Part shown: in pieces, positions 9,793-19,741 of the stretch
Position numbering within the stretch: the first letter of the stretch is position 1
Layout: the number at the start of each line of letters is the position of its first letter
Source: Flavobacterium sp.
GTDB taxonomy: Bacteria; Bacteroidota; Bacteroidia; Flavobacteriales; Flavobacteriaceae
Direction: 5' to 3'
Assembly (NCBI RefSeq): GCF_043780635.1
Contig: NZ_JAYWCK010000030.1
Location: 349-64,348 of the forward strand
Length of the DNA stretch: 64,000 nucleotides
The notes under the pieces: model-generated
What the model saw: the letters and a program-made list of their open reading frames with translations, nothing else
Database searches by the model: none
What the model was told of the DNA's origin: nothing
Position numbers and translations under genes: made by a program

Positions 9793-11127
9793 TTAAAGGT
9801 TCTTAACCGCTTGTTTAAATTGATTTCCTCTGTCTTCGTAATTTTCGAATAAATCGAAACTGGCGCAAGCTGGTGACAACAATACCGTATCTCCTTTTTC
9901 GGTTAAACGTTGCCCCATTTTCACGGCATCTTCCATATTATTGACTTCAATCATAATATCAACTACATTGCCGAAAACATCAATAATTTTCTTATTATCA
10001 ATACCCAGACAGATGATGGCTTTTACTTTTTCGCGAACCAAAGACATCAATTCATTATAATCGTTTCCTTTATCAACACCACCCACAATCCAAACCGTTG
10101 GCGTATTCATACTGTCCAAAGCAAAAAAAGTAGCATTTACATTCGTTGCTTTTGAGTCGTTGATGTATTGCACATTTTGGATTTTCAACACTTTTTCCAA
10201 ACGATGTTCGACTCCTTGAAAATTGGACAAACTTTCTCTGATTGTCGCATTTCTTATTTTCATCAATTTTGCCACAGAAGTCGCTGCCATTGCATTTTTC
10301 ATATTGTGCTTTCCTTCAAGCGCCATAGTCTCAGTCTCCATTGTGAATTCTTCTTCGTTGATGATGTTTACTTCCATATTTTTATCTTTTATAAATGCTC
10401 CTTTTTCGAATATTTTTCCCAAGGAAAAAGGAATTAATTGGGCTTTTGTTTTATTGCGTTTGAACCATTCTGCAATTGCTTCGTCATCTGCATCATAAAT
10501 GAGAAAATCTTCCTCGGTTTGATTCATTGTTATTCTAAATTTCGAAGCAATATAATTTTCATATTTATAGTCGTATCGGTCTAAATGATCCGGACTTATA
10601 TTCGTAATAATTGCAATGTGCGGCTTGTAATCTATCATTCCATCAAGTTGAAAACTACTCAATTCCAGCACATAACTATCATATTTATCATCTGCAACCT
10701 GCCAAGCAAAACTCTTTCCTATATTACCTCCCAATCCAACATTCAATCCTGCTGATTTCAGCAAATGATGGGTCAACATTGTTGTTGTTGTCTTCCCGTT
10801 GCTCCCCGTAATTCCAATCGTGATTGCTTTTGTAAATGGCGCTGCAAATTCAATTTCCGAAATCACTGGAATTCCTTTTTCAACCAATTTTTTTACTATT
10901 GGTGATTTATCGGGAATTCCCGGACTTTTCATCACCACATCGGCATTCAAAATCAGTGCTTCAGTATGAGTTTCTTCCTCCCACGCAATCCCATTAATGA
11001 TAAGAACTTCTCTGTAACTTTGTTTTATTTTTCCAAAATCGGACACAAAAACATCATATCCTTTTTTCTTGCCAAGAATTGCAGTCCCTACACCGCTTTC
11101 GCCACCACCTAAAACTACCAGTCGCAT
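9793..11127 (-). CDS. murD: UDP-N-acetylmuramoylalanine--D-glutamate ligase
   Basis: Start moved to [14 protein letters not shown] (ATG at 11127-11125), which overlaps the mraY stop as TAATG. Contains GSNGKTTT. Confidence 0.92.
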   Translation of the reverse strand: MRLVVLGGGESGVGTAILGKKKGYDVFVSDFGKIKQSYREVLIINGIAWEEETHTEALILNADVVMKSPGIPDKSPIVKKLVEKGIPVISEIEFAAPFTKAITIGITGSNGKTTTTMLTHHLLKSAGLNVGLGGNIGKSFAWQVADDKYDSYVLELSSFQLDGMIDYKPHIAIITNISPDHLDRYDYKYENYIASKFRITMNQTEEDFLIYDADDEAIAEWFKRNKTKAQLIPFSLGKIFEKGAFIKDKNMEVNIINEEEFTMETETMALEGKHNMKNAMAATSVAKLMKIRNATIRESLSNFQGVEHRLEKVLKIQNVQYINDSKATNVNATFFALDSMNTPTVWIVGGVDKGNDYNELMSLVREKVKAIICLGIDNKKIIDVFGNVVDIMIEVNNMEDAVKMGQRLTEKGDTVLLSPACASFDLFENYEDRGNQFKQAVKNL

Positions 11128-12356
11128 TATCTTAATTTTAAGGTCACGATTGACAAAATGGCCAACATTATAGCAACAATCCAAAATCGAGTTACAATTT
11201 TACTTTCGTGATAGCCTTTCTTTTGATAATGATGATGCAAAGGGGCCATCAAAAAGATTCTTCGGCCTTCGCCAAAACGTTTTTTGGTGTATTTGAAATA
11301 TGCAACTTGTAAAACAACAGAGAAATTTTCGACCAAAAATATTCCGCATAATAGTGGAATTAGGAGTTCTTTTCGAACGGCAATCGCTAGAACAGCAATG
11401 ACTCCACCTATAGTTAAACTTCCGGTATCACCCATAAATACTGATGCTGGATACGAATTATACCAAAGAAATCCAATCAATGCTCCTACAAATGCAGCAA
11501 TAAAAACAGTCATTTCTCCCGAATAAGGAATATACATAATGTTCAAATAATTGGAGAAAATAATATTTCCTGAAACGAAAGTGAAAATCCCCAGTGCCAA
11601 GACCGAAACCGCAGAAGTTCCGGCAGCCAACCCATCAATTCCATCTGTTAAATTGGCTCCATTAGAAACGGCTGTAATAATAAAAATAACCATTGGAATA
11701 AAAATCAACCAAGCCCAATTTTCATAACCTTCGCCAGTCCAGGCTAAAACTTCGGCATAGTCAAATTCATTATTTTTGAAGAAAGGAATCGTTGTTGCTG
11801 TAGATTTTTCGTAAACGGGTGCTTGTTTAATTACGTTTTCTGTGGTACTTTTAAAAATATCGCTTTTGGCAGTATCCGTTCTAATCGTTACAACTGGATT
11901 AAAATACAGAACATATCCAACAATCAAACCCAAACCCACTTGGCCAAAGACTTTGAATATCCCTTTTAATCCTTGTTTGTCTTTTTTGAAAATTTTGATA
12001 TAATCATCAATAAAACCGATTGTTCCCATCCATAGAGTAGTTACAATTAATAATACTATATAGATGTTTTGTAATCTGGCAAAAAGAATCACTGGAATCA
12101 AAGTGGCAAATATGATGATTAACCCTCCCATTGTTGGCGTTCCTGCTTTTTCATTTTGACCAGCAAGGCCAAGTTCACGAACAGTTTCGCCTATTTGTTG
12201 TTTACGCAAAAAAGTAACAACTCTTTTACCATAAATAGTTGATAAAAGCAAGGAAAGCATAAATGCCAATGCTGATCTGAAAGTAATATACTGAAAGACT
12301 CCTGCTCCAGGAATGTCCATTGTTTTGTCTAAATATTCAAATAAGTAGTATAGCAT
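11127..12356 (-). CDS. mraY: phospho-N-acetylmuramoyl-pentapeptide transferase
   Basis: Polytopic membrane protein with [10 protein letters not shown] and MGDTGSL motifs. Confidence 0.94.
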   Translation of the reverse strand: MLYYLFEYLDKTMDIPGAGVFQYITFRSALAFMLSLLLSTIYGKRVVTFLRKQQIGETVRELGLAGQNEKAGTPTMGGLIIIFATLIPVILFARLQNIYIVLLIVTTLWMGTIGFIDDYIKIFKKDKQGLKGIFKVFGQVGLGLIVGYVLYFNPVVTIRTDTAKSDIFKSTTENVIKQAPVYEKSTATTIPFFKNNEFDYAEVLAWTGEGYENWAWLIFIPMVIFIITAVSNGANLTDGIDGLAAGTSAVSVLALGIFTFVSGNIIFSNYLNIMYIPYSGEMTVFIAAFVGALIGFLWYNSYPASVFMGDTGSLTIGGVIAVLAIAVRKELLIPLLCGIFLVENFSVVLQVAYFKYTKKRFGEGRRIFLMAPLHHHYQKKGYHESKIVTRFWIVAIMLAILSIVTLKLR

Positions 12357-12362
12357 AGGTTT

Positions 12363-13826
12363 CTATTTATTGAGTTGGTTTAGTAATTCTTTTACAATTT
12401 TCATATCATCAAAATCGTGTCGAACACCTTGAATTTCTTGATAAGTTTCGTGACCTTTTCCTGCAATAAGGATAATATCATTTGGCTGGGCCAATTGACA
12501 AGCTGTTTTTATAGCTTGTTTCCTATCCGTAATCGACAGGGATTTTTTATAATTTTGAGGTTCTACACCTTGTTCCATTTCATTGATAATAACTTCCGGA
12601 TCCTCATTTCTTGGATTATCAGAAGTCAGGATAACTTTATCACTAAGTTCAGTGGCAATTCCTGCCATAATTGGTCGTTTGGCTTTATCTCTATTTCCAC
12701 CACAACCTACAACTGTAATCAATTGTTCGTTTTTAGTGCGAATATCATAAATAGTTTTCAACACGTTTTCCAATGCATCTGGCGTGTGGGCATAATCAAC
12801 AATTGCTGTAATATTCGAATTGGAAACAATAAATTGGAAACGACCCGATACACTTTCTAAATCAGATAATAATCGGAGTACTTCCAGACTTTCCATACCT
12901 AATTGAATTGCCGTTCCATAAATTGCCAATAAATTATATGCGTTGAAAGTGCCAATGAGTTTTACCCAAACTTCATTGCCGTTAATTTTCAATAACAATC
13001 CCGACAATTGGTTCTCTAGGATTTGTGCTTTATAGTCAGCATAGGATTTTAAAGCATAGGTCAATTTTTTAGCAACCGTATTTTGCAACATCACTTGACC
13101 GTTTTTATCATCGATATTTGATAAGGCAAATGCGGTTTTTGGTAAATTGTCGAAAAACGATTTTTTAACATCTCGATATTCTGCAAAAGTGGGATGATAA
13201 TCTAAATGGTCGTGTGATAAATTGGTGAAAATTCCACCAACGAAATGTAAAGCTTCTGTCCGCTTCTGATGAATTCCGTGAGAACTGACTTCCATAAAGC
13301 AGTATTCAACACCGGCATCAACCATTTCTTTTAGATAATGATTTATCGTAATTGAATCAGGGGTGGTGTGTGTGGCTTTGTATTCTATTTCATCAACTAA
13401 GATTTTTACGGTGGACAAAAGGCCTACTTTAAAACCTGCTTTTTTGAATAATTGGTACAATAAAGAAGCAATCGTTGTTTTACCATTTGTTCCCGTAATA
13501 CCAACCAATTTTAATTTTTGAGAAGGATTTTCAAAATAATTGGCGGCCATATAAGCCAAAGCTTTATTGGTGTCTTTTACTTGAATATATGTGATTCCTT
13601 TTGTAATTGTTTCAGGAAGAGTATCACAAACAACTGCAATAGCACCATTCCAGATAGCAGTTTCAATGTAATCGTGACCGTTTGAAATAGTGCCACGAAT
13701 AGCCACAAAGACGTCATTTGCTCCAATTTTTCTAGAATCAAATTCCATTTTATTGATAGCAATATCCGTCGAACCTTTTACGGCTTCAATAGCGACTTTG
13801 TATATTATTTCTCTTAAAATAATCAC
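12363..13826 (-). CDS. murE: UDP-MurNAc-L-Ala-D-Glu--2,6-diaminopimelate (or L-Lys) ligase
   Basis: Motifs GTNGKTT, DYAHTPDAL and SDNPR, in dcw context. Confidence 0.92.
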   Translation of the reverse strand: MIILREIIYKVAIEAVKGSTDIAINKMEFDSRKIGANDVFVAIRGTISNGHDYIETAIWNGAIAVVCDTLPETITKGITYIQVKDTNKALAYMAANYFENPSQKLKLVGITGTNGKTTIASLLYQLFKKAGFKVGLLSTVKILVDEIEYKATHTTPDSITINHYLKEMVDAGVEYCFMEVSSHGIHQKRTEALHFVGGIFTNLSHDHLDYHPTFAEYRDVKKSFFDNLPKTAFALSNIDDKNGQVMLQNTVAKKLTYALKSYADYKAQILENQLSGLLLKINGNEVWVKLIGTFNAYNLLAIYGTAIQLGMESLEVLRLLSDLESVSGRFQFIVSNSNITAIVDYAHTPDALENVLKTIYDIRTKNEQLITVVGCGGNRDKAKRPIMAGIATELSDKVILTSDNPRNEDPEVIINEMEQGVEPQNYKKSLSITDRKQAIKTACQLAQPNDIILIAGKGHETYQEIQGVRHDFDDMKIVKELLNQLNK

Positions 13827-15829
13827 GATAATTCTAATGTTATGGTTGTATTTTTATCTAAACTTTCTCCTGCTTGTATGGATTGCGTTTTTACTTTTCC
13901 AATGCCAATTATTTTTACTTTTACACCTAGATTTCCAAAAAGAGCAACAGCATCCATTCCTGACATCCCTTTTACATTTGGAACAATTGACGATTGTTGT
14001 TTCTGCGATTTTGCAAAATAACTGTCGTAATCATTTTCTTGTTTTAGTATTTTCCTGTCAATATTTTTTATCTCGTTTGTCGAAGGTGCATCAGTAAAAA
14101 TTTTCTGTGCAATTCGTTTGAAAACCGGACCTGCAACATCGGCACCATAATAATTATTGTTCGAAGTGTTTGGTTTATGAACTACAACTATGCAGGAATA
14201 TTTAGGTTTGTCGGCTGGGAAATAACCCACAAATGAGGAAATGTAATATTTATCTGCTCCTCCATTTGTTCTATAATTTGCAGCTGCAGTTCCTGTTTTT
14301 CCTGCCATTGAAAAATCTTTAGAATACAATTTTGATGCAGTTCCCTTTTTGACTACGTTTTCGAGAACAGCATGTAATTTCAAGATGGTTTCTTTCGAGC
14401 ATACTTTTGGGTTTATGACTTCGGTGTTGTATTTTTTGATGGTTCTGTTCCACTCTTTTATTTCTGAAACAAATTGTGGTTTTACCATCACTCCATTATT
14501 AGCTACAGAATTATAAAAAGTCAAGGTTTGCAATGGCGTAATCGAAACTCCATAACCAAAAGCCATCCACGGAAGCGAAACATTAGACCAATTTTTATCA
14601 CTTGGCTGAGGAACATAAGGTTTACCCTCTCCTTTTATTGGAAGTCCTAAACATTTGTTTAATCCGTAACTATTGATGTGATTAACGAATTCCGATGGAT
14701 TATTTTTGTAGTTATTATAAACCGCCTGAACCATTACTGTGTTTGACGAAACTTCAAATCCGCGTGCTAATGATATCTTACCGTAACCTCCTGTGTGGGA
14801 ATCTCGAACTGATTTCCCTGAGTATTTAACTACCCCGCCGTGACTATCAAAAACGGCACTTGTATCTATTTTTTTATCTTCAAGCAAGGTCATTAAATCA
14901 ACCAATTTATAAGTTGAACCTGGTTCGTGAGATTCGGCAACTGCATAATTTGTGGTTTCATAATAGGAACCATCGTTGGCTCTCCCTAAATTTGAAATAG
15001 CTTTTATTTTGCCAGTTTGGGTTTCCATAACGACAACACAACCGTGATCTGCTTGATATTCTTCTAATTGTTTTAATAGGGCGTGATGCGCAATATCCTG
15101 AATAAAAACATCAATCGTAGAAATCACGTCATAGCCATCTTGAGGATCAACCTCGTTAACATCACGGATGGGTTTCCACTGTCCTTTTGCAATTTTTTGC
15201 TTTAAAATTTTGCCGTCTTTCCCATTAATATATTTCCTGTAAGCCCATTCAATACCTTTCCCATCTGGAGTTCCGTCTGGATTTCTTCTTTCATAACCAA
15301 TGGTTCGCTCAGCAATTTTCCCAATTGGATGTTCTCGAACGGTTTCTTGCTCGATAATAATTCCACCTTTGTAAGCACCCAGTTTAAACAAAGGAAACCC
15401 TTTAATTTTTATAAATTCGGTATAACTCAAATCACGAGCTACAAGATAATATCTGTTTTTATTGGCTCTGGCTTTTCGCAATTCGTTTAGAAAAAAACCA
15501 CTTGGTTTTCTTAAAAGAAGAGACAATGAATCGGCTAATGGTTTTACATTTTTTTCGAAAGCTTCCGCTTTTGGCGCGACAGCATCAAATCGTATTTCAT
15601 AATTTGGAATTGAAGTTGCCAATAAACTTCCATCGGCAGAATAAATATTTCCTTTATTGGCAGGAATTACAAAATTTCTCACGGTTCTTTCTTTGGCTAA
15701 TTTTCTATAATAATCGCCTTCGACCCATTGAATGTTTGTTAATTTTATGACAATAGCGATTGCCATCAAAAAGACGACGAAAGCTACCAGATAAATTCTG
15801 TAGGATATATTTTTATCTTCTACTGCCAT
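13823..15829 (-). CDS. ftsI: penicillin-binding protein 3-type transpeptidase
   Basis: N-terminal membrane anchor plus the SxxK (GSTYK), SxN (VSSN) and KTGT motifs. Confidence 0.92.
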   Translation of the reverse strand: MAVEDKNISYRIYLVAFVVFLMAIAIVIKLTNIQWVEGDYYRKLAKERTVRNFVIPANKGNIYSADGSLLATSIPNYEIRFDAVAPKAEAFEKNVKPLADSLSLLLRKPSGFFLNELRKARANKNRYYLVARDLSYTEFIKIKGFPLFKLGAYKGGIIIEQETVREHPIGKIAERTIGYERRNPDGTPDGKGIEWAYRKYINGKDGKILKQKIAKGQWKPIRDVNEVDPQDGYDVISTIDVFIQDIAHHALLKQLEEYQADHGCVVVMETQTGKIKAISNLGRANDGSYYETTNYAVAESHEPGSTYKLVDLMTLLEDKKIDTSAVFDSHGGVVKYSGKSVRDSHTGGYGKISLARGFEVSSNTVMVQAVYNNYKNNPSEFVNHINSYGLNKCLGLPIKGEGKPYVPQPSDKNWSNVSLPWMAFGYGVSITPLQTLTFYNSVANNGVMVKPQFVSEIKEWNRTIKKYNTEVINPKVCSKETILKLHAVLENVVKKGTASKLYSKDFSMAGKTGTAAANYRTNGGADKYYISSFVGYFPADKPKYSCIVVVHKPNTSNNNYYGADVAGPVFKRIAQKIFTDAPSTNEIKNIDRKILKQENDYDSYFAKSQKQQSSIVPNVKGMSGMDAVALFGNLGVKVKIIGIGKVKTQSIQAGESLDKNTTITLELS

Positions 15830-16170
15830 AATTTTTGAAAGAAATTTTTTTCTTCTGCTACTTTTCTAACTTTTATTTTAATTGGAGGAACTGTCGATGG
15901 AAAAATTTGTTTTTCCACCATTTTTTCTGATACAGTCGATTCCATTTTTAGTTTCATTAATTCTGAACGTCTATCGACAAACTCTGAACGCAGTTCTTTC
16001 ACTTGATTTGTCAACTCGGCAATCTTAAATACTTTTTGTTCAAAACGCTGGGTATTGGCAATCATAATAATAGCGAGAACAATCAAAAAAACGATAAAAC
16101 GCCAGCTTTTAATGGCATCATCTTCAATAAGAAACCGCGCTTTCAATATGCCGTAAACTCCGTTTTTCAT
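15820..16170 (-). CDS. ftsL: FtsL-like cell division protein
   Basis: 116 aa with one transmembrane segment followed by a coiled-coil-like stretch, at the conserved position between rsmH and ftsI. Confidence 0.7.
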   Translation of the reverse strand: MKNGVYGILKARFLIEDDAIKSWRFIVFLIVLAIIMIANTQRFEQKVFKIAELTNQVKELRSEFVDRRSELMKLKMESTVSEKMVEKQIFPSTVPPIKIKVRKVAEEKNFFQKLWQ

Positions 16171-16187
16171 TGTTTTTTTCTAACTAA

Positions 16188-17084
16188 TTAAATCTTTTCA
16201 GCAATTCTTAATTTTGCACTTCTCGCTCTATTATTTATTTTTATTTCAGCATTATCAGGCACGATTAATTTTCCAATGGTTTTAAATGGAACTGAAAAAT
16301 TTCCAAAAAAGTCGCGTTCTGGTTCCCCTTCGAACATTCCGTTTTTCATAAATCTTTTTACCAAACGGTCTTCCAATGAGTGGTAAGAAATCACACTTAA
16401 TCTTCCGCCTGGATTTAATATTTCTAAGGATTGTTCAAGAAATTCTTTCAAAACATCCATTTCCTGATTGACTTCAATTCGAATGGCTTGATAGATTTGA
16501 GCCAATATTTTATTTCTAACTCTTTCAGGTAAATGTTTTGCCAAAACTTCTTTCAATTCATCTGTAGTGTTAATTGGTTGATAATCTCTAGCTTCTAGAA
16601 TTGTTCTTGCCAAAGCTGGTGCATTTTTCAATTCACCATAATCTAAGAAAACTCTTTTTAAGTTTGCATCATCGTATTCATTAACTACTCGATACGCATT
16701 CAAATCATTTTTCTGACTCATTCTCATATCCAATTCAGCATCAAAGCGAGTCGAAAAGCCTCTTTCTGGCACATCAAATTGATGAGAAGAAACTCCTAAA
16801 TCTGCCAAAATTCCGTCCACACTTTTAACACCATAAAAACGTAAAAACCTTTTTATAAACCTGAAATTTTCGTTAATCAGTGTAAATCTTTCATCTGGTA
16901 AGGCATTCGCTAAAGCATCTTCATCTTGGTCAAAAGCAAATAATTTTCCGTTTGGACCCAATCTTTTTAGGATTTCTTTTGAATGCCCTCCGCCTCCAAA
17001 GGTTACGTCAACATAAACACCGTCGGGTTTTATATTCATCCCATCAACTGAAGCCTGAAGCAAAACTGGATTATGATATTCCAT
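16188..17084 (-). CDS. rsmH: 16S rRNA (cytosine1402-N4)-methyltransferase
   Basis: Motifs HNPVLL and DVTFGGGGHS, positioned after mraZ. Confidence 0.94.
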   Translation of the reverse strand: MEYHNPVLLQASVDGMNIKPDGVYVDVTFGGGGHSKEILKRLGPNGKLFAFDQDEDALANALPDERFTLINENFRFIKRFLRFYGVKSVDGILADLGVSSHQFDVPERGFSTRFDAELDMRMSQKNDLNAYRVVNEYDDANLKRVFLDYGELKNAPALARTILEARDYQPINTTDELKEVLAKHLPERVRNKILAQIYQAIRIEVNQEMDVLKEFLEQSLEILNPGGRLSVISYHSLEDRLVKRFMKNGMFEGEPERDFFGNFSVPFKTIGKLIVPDNAEIKINNRARSAKLRIAEKI

Positions 17085-17541
17085 TGTCGTTATTTGTATT
17101 TCCCATTACTTCTTCGGCCAAATCTGCAAAATCGACATCTTCACCGCTTATTGATTTTTCGTATAAATCCTTGTCCCAAATCTCAACAATATTGACTGCA
17201 GACGAAAACACAACGTCTTTTGAAATACTTGCAAAAGCCACCAAATCTTTTGGCACCAATAATCTTCCCAAAGTATCGATTTCAACTACTTTTACGCCAG
17301 CAGTAAATCGGCGAATGAAGTCATTGTTTTTCTTAACGAATCGATTGAGTTTATTGATTTTTTGCATCATCAAATCCCATTCTTCCATTGGATACAATTC
17401 CAAACAAGATTGAAAAACAGAACGCTTCAAAACAAAACCGTTTTGAAGAGACGAAGCCAATTGCTTTTTTAAAGGCGCAGGCAAAAGCAGCCTTCCCTTA
17501 GCATCGACTTTACATTCATATGTTCCGACAATTGTATTCAA
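17071..17541 (-). CDS. mraZ: division/cell wall cluster transcriptional repressor MraZ (TTG start proposed)
   Basis: Two SpoVT/AbrB-like repeats, DAKGRLLLP and DTLGRLLVP. The track ATG at 17601 adds 20 non-conserved residues and overlaps the promoter and operator. The TTG at 17541 gives MNTIVGTYECKVDAKGR, a normal MraZ N-terminus. Confidence 0.85.
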   Translation of the reverse strand: MNTIVGTYECKVDAKGRLLLPAPLKKQLASSLQNGFVLKRSVFQSCLELYPMEEWDLMMQKINKLNRFVKKNNDFIRRFTAGVKVVEIDTLGRLLVPKDLVAFASISKDVVFSSAVNIVEIWDKDLYEKSISGEDVDFADLAEEVMGNTNNDNGIS

Positions 17542-17567
17542 GTGAAAAAATTTTAAATGACGTTGAG

Positions 17568-17575
17568 CAAAAATA
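17568..17575 (-). promoter_or_regulatory. -7 box (TATTTTTG) of the dcw/mraZ promoter
   Basis: The minus strand reads TATTTTTG (TAnnTTTG consensus), 27 nt upstream of the proposed TTG start. Confidence 0.4.
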
Positions 17576-17585
17576 TAAAAAATAT

Positions 17586-17632
17586 TACCACAATTTACCA
17601 CAAAATACCACTTTGTTGATAAGTTTTACCAC
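17586..17632 (-). promoter_or_regulatory. putative MraZ operator: four GTGGTA direct repeats
   Basis: Plus-strand TACCAC at 17586, 17596, 17606 and 17627, with spacings of 10, 10 and 21 bp, immediately upstream of the -7 box. Confidence 0.55.
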
Positions 17633-17880
17633 TTTGGAAGAAGAAAGCCTAGTTTTTAGTCAATCAGAACGTTAGCTTATTTTTGACTAGTGATTTGGAA
17701 ATATTGATTTTAGAAAAAATCCGTAAGTAAAACCTCCTAAAATTGAATTTTAAAGGATGATTAAAAAAAATATTAGCTAAAATTTTAAAGCAAAAAGCTT
17801 GAATATTTATCAATATTTCAAATGGACAGAAAAAATTTATAAAATTTGAATTCAAGAATTTTTTTTAATTTTTTAAAACC

Positions 17881-17888
17881 TATCTTTG
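17881..17888 (+). promoter_or_regulatory. -7 box (TATCTTTG) upstream of the hydrolase gene
   Basis: TAnnTTTG match 29 nt upstream of the ATG at 17917. Confidence 0.35.
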
Positions 17889-17916
17889 TGGCAATTGAAA
17901 ATTCGCGATAAAACGT

Positions 17917-18690
17917 ATGGAAAAATACTTTAAGAAAGAAGGCAGATACAGCTATTATGAAGCTGGTGAAGGAACTCCGATTGTTGTTTTACATGGTTTA
18001 ATGGGAGGTTTGAGCAACTTTGATGCCGTTGCAAGTTATTTTTCTGAAAAAGGATACAAAATAGTAATTCCAGATTTACCTATTTACACCCAAAATATTT
18101 TGAAAACCAACGTCAAGGCTTTCGCAAAATATGTGAAGGATTTTATCACTTTCAAAGGATTTGACCGAGTAATTTTGTTAGGGAATTCGTTAGGCGGACA
18201 TATTGCGTTGTATCATACCAAAATGTATCCCGAAAAAGTAGCTGGACTTGTATTAACAGGAAGTTCAGGTCTTTACGAAAGTGCCATGGGCGATAGTTAC
18301 CCGAAAAGAGGCGACTATGAATACATCAAGAAGAAAGCTCAAGATGTTTTTTATGATCCAAAAATGGCCACCAAAGAACTTGTTGACGAGGTATATGCCT
18401 CTGTAAACGACCGAATAAAACTGATAAAAACATTGACTATTGCTAAAAGCGCTATAAGACACAATATGGCAAAGGATTTGCCAAAAATGCATGTTCAGAC
18501 ATGTTTAATTTGGGGAAGAAATGATAGAGTTACTCCTCCGTCTGTTGCCGAAGAATTCAATGAATTATTACCAAATGTTACCCTGTATTGGATAGATAAA
18601 TGTGGTCACGCCGCAATGATGGAATGCCCAGATGAATTCAATAGCTTACTTGAAGATTGGTTAACACACACACATTTGAAAGCTCACTAA
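17917..18690 (+). CDS. alpha/beta fold hydrolase
   Basis: 257 aa with an HGLMGG oxyanion region, a GNSLGG nucleophile elbow and a C-terminal CGH. Confidence 0.85.
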   Translation: MEKYFKKEGRYSYYEAGEGTPIVVLHGLMGGLSNFDAVASYFSEKGYKIVIPDLPIYTQNILKTNVKAFAKYVKDFITFKGFDRVILLGNSLGGHIALYHTKMYPEKVAGLVLTGSSGLYESAMGDSYPKRGDYEYIKKKAQDVFYDPKMATKELVDEVYASVNDRIKLIKTLTIAKSAIRHNMAKDLPKMHVQTCLIWGRNDRVTPPSVAEEFNELLPNVTLYWIDKCGHAAMMECPDEFNSLLEDWLTHTHLKAH

Positions 18691-18719
18691 GTTCTAGTGA
18701 AGAATTTATAAACACAATC

Positions 18720-19340
18720 ATGAAAATTACAACCGCCGAATTTATTGTTAGCAACTCTGAAGTTGACAAATGTCCAAAAGACTTTTTGCCGGAATATGCT
18801 TTTATAGGCCGATCAAATGTTGGAAAATCATCATTGATTAATATGTTGACCAATCATAAAAATTTAGCAAAAACCTCAGGAAGACCCGGAAAAACTCAAT
18901 TGATAAATCATTTTAAGATTAACAACAATTGGTTTTTGGTCGATTTACCTGGTTATGGATATGCAAAAGTGTCGAAGAAAACGAAATCAGTTTTTCAACA
19001 ATTTATTACTGATTATTTTGAAACAAGAGAACAACTCGTTTGTGCTTTTGTATTGATTGACATTCGCCATGAAGCACAAAATATCGACATCGAATTTATG
19101 GCTTATATGGGCGAAAGTGAAATTCCTTTTTGTATTGTTTTCACCAAAGCCGATAAGATTAGCAAAGTAAAAATTGATTCCCATATTGCAGCTTACAAAA
19201 AGAAAATGTTTGCTAACAATTGGGCCGAAATGCCTCAGTATTTTGTAACCTCAGCAACAGAATCAACTGGAAAAGAAGATGTTTTAAATTACATCGAAGA
19301 AGTGAATCAGGAAGTATTTAAGAACAATAACGAGTTTTAG
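18720..19340 (+). CDS. engB: ribosome biogenesis GTP-binding protein YsxC/EngB
   Basis: Start moved to the ATG at 18720 (MKITTAEF). G1 motif GRSNVGKSS, G3 motif DLPGYG, G4 motif TKADK. Confidence 0.9.
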   Translation: MKITTAEFIVSNSEVDKCPKDFLPEYAFIGRSNVGKSSLINMLTNHKNLAKTSGRPGKTQLINHFKINNNWFLVDLPGYGYAKVSKKTKSVFQQFITDYFETREQLVCAFVLIDIRHEAQNIDIEFMAYMGESEIPFCIVFTKADKISKVKIDSHIAAYKKKMFANNWAEMPQYFVTSATESTGKEDVLNYIEEVNQEVFKNNNEF

Positions 19341-19393
19341 AAAAAAAAATATCCCAAACTCCAAGCTATTAAAGTTGGAGTTTGGGATTTTTA
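19341..19393. terminator. bidirectional terminator between engB and gldC
   Basis: Perfect 14-bp stem ATCCCAAACTCCAA / TTGGAGTTTGGGAT, flanked by an A run on the 5' side and a T run on the 3' side. Confidence 0.8.
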
Positions 19394-19402
19394 TTGAGCT
19401 TT

Positions 19403-19741
19403 TTACTTTAATTTCAACTCCAATTTCTCTGCAAAATAATCACAAAAATCCTGCATTGTCGCCGACATTTTTTCGTCACCAGTAGCTCGTTGAAAAGTCT
19501 CTGTCATAGACAACAAAGTTTGATGGAAGAAAATTTTCATTTCTTCGACAGACATGTCCTTAGTCCACAATTCGATACATTTTGTTGTTTTTTCGTCACT
19601 GTTCCAAACCGAAAGCATAAAAGCTTTTGCTTCTTCTAAATTTACGCCTCCTTCGACCGCAGCCCAAGATAGTTTTTCGGGAATTCGGTTTTCGTCTAAT
19701 TCGATTTGAATTTTAATTTCTGATGTATTGTTATTCGACAT
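19403..19741 (-). CDS. gldC: gliding motility protein GldC
   Basis: 112 aa from MSNNNTSEIKIQIELDENRIPEKLSWAA, directly downstream of gldB as in Flavobacterium johnsoniae. Recognised from memory. Confidence 0.8.
   Translation of the reverse strand: MSNNNTSEIKIQIELDENRIPEKLSWAAVEGGVNLEEAKAFMLSVWNSDEKTTKCIELWTKDMSVEEMKIFFHQTLLSMTETFQRATGDEKMSATMQDFCDYFAEKLELKLK

Noticed and set aside
11128-11184. N-terminal 19-codon extension of murD in the ORF track.
   Set aside because: The extension lies inside mraY. The canonical MurD N-terminus ([12 protein letters not shown]) starts at an ATG that overlaps the mraY stop as TAATG.
17664-17855. 63-aa minus-strand ORF in the region upstream of mraZ.
   Set aside because: It lies in AT-rich intergenic DNA. 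The Phe/Ile/Asn-rich translation is typical of random AT-rich sequence, and no start context is present.
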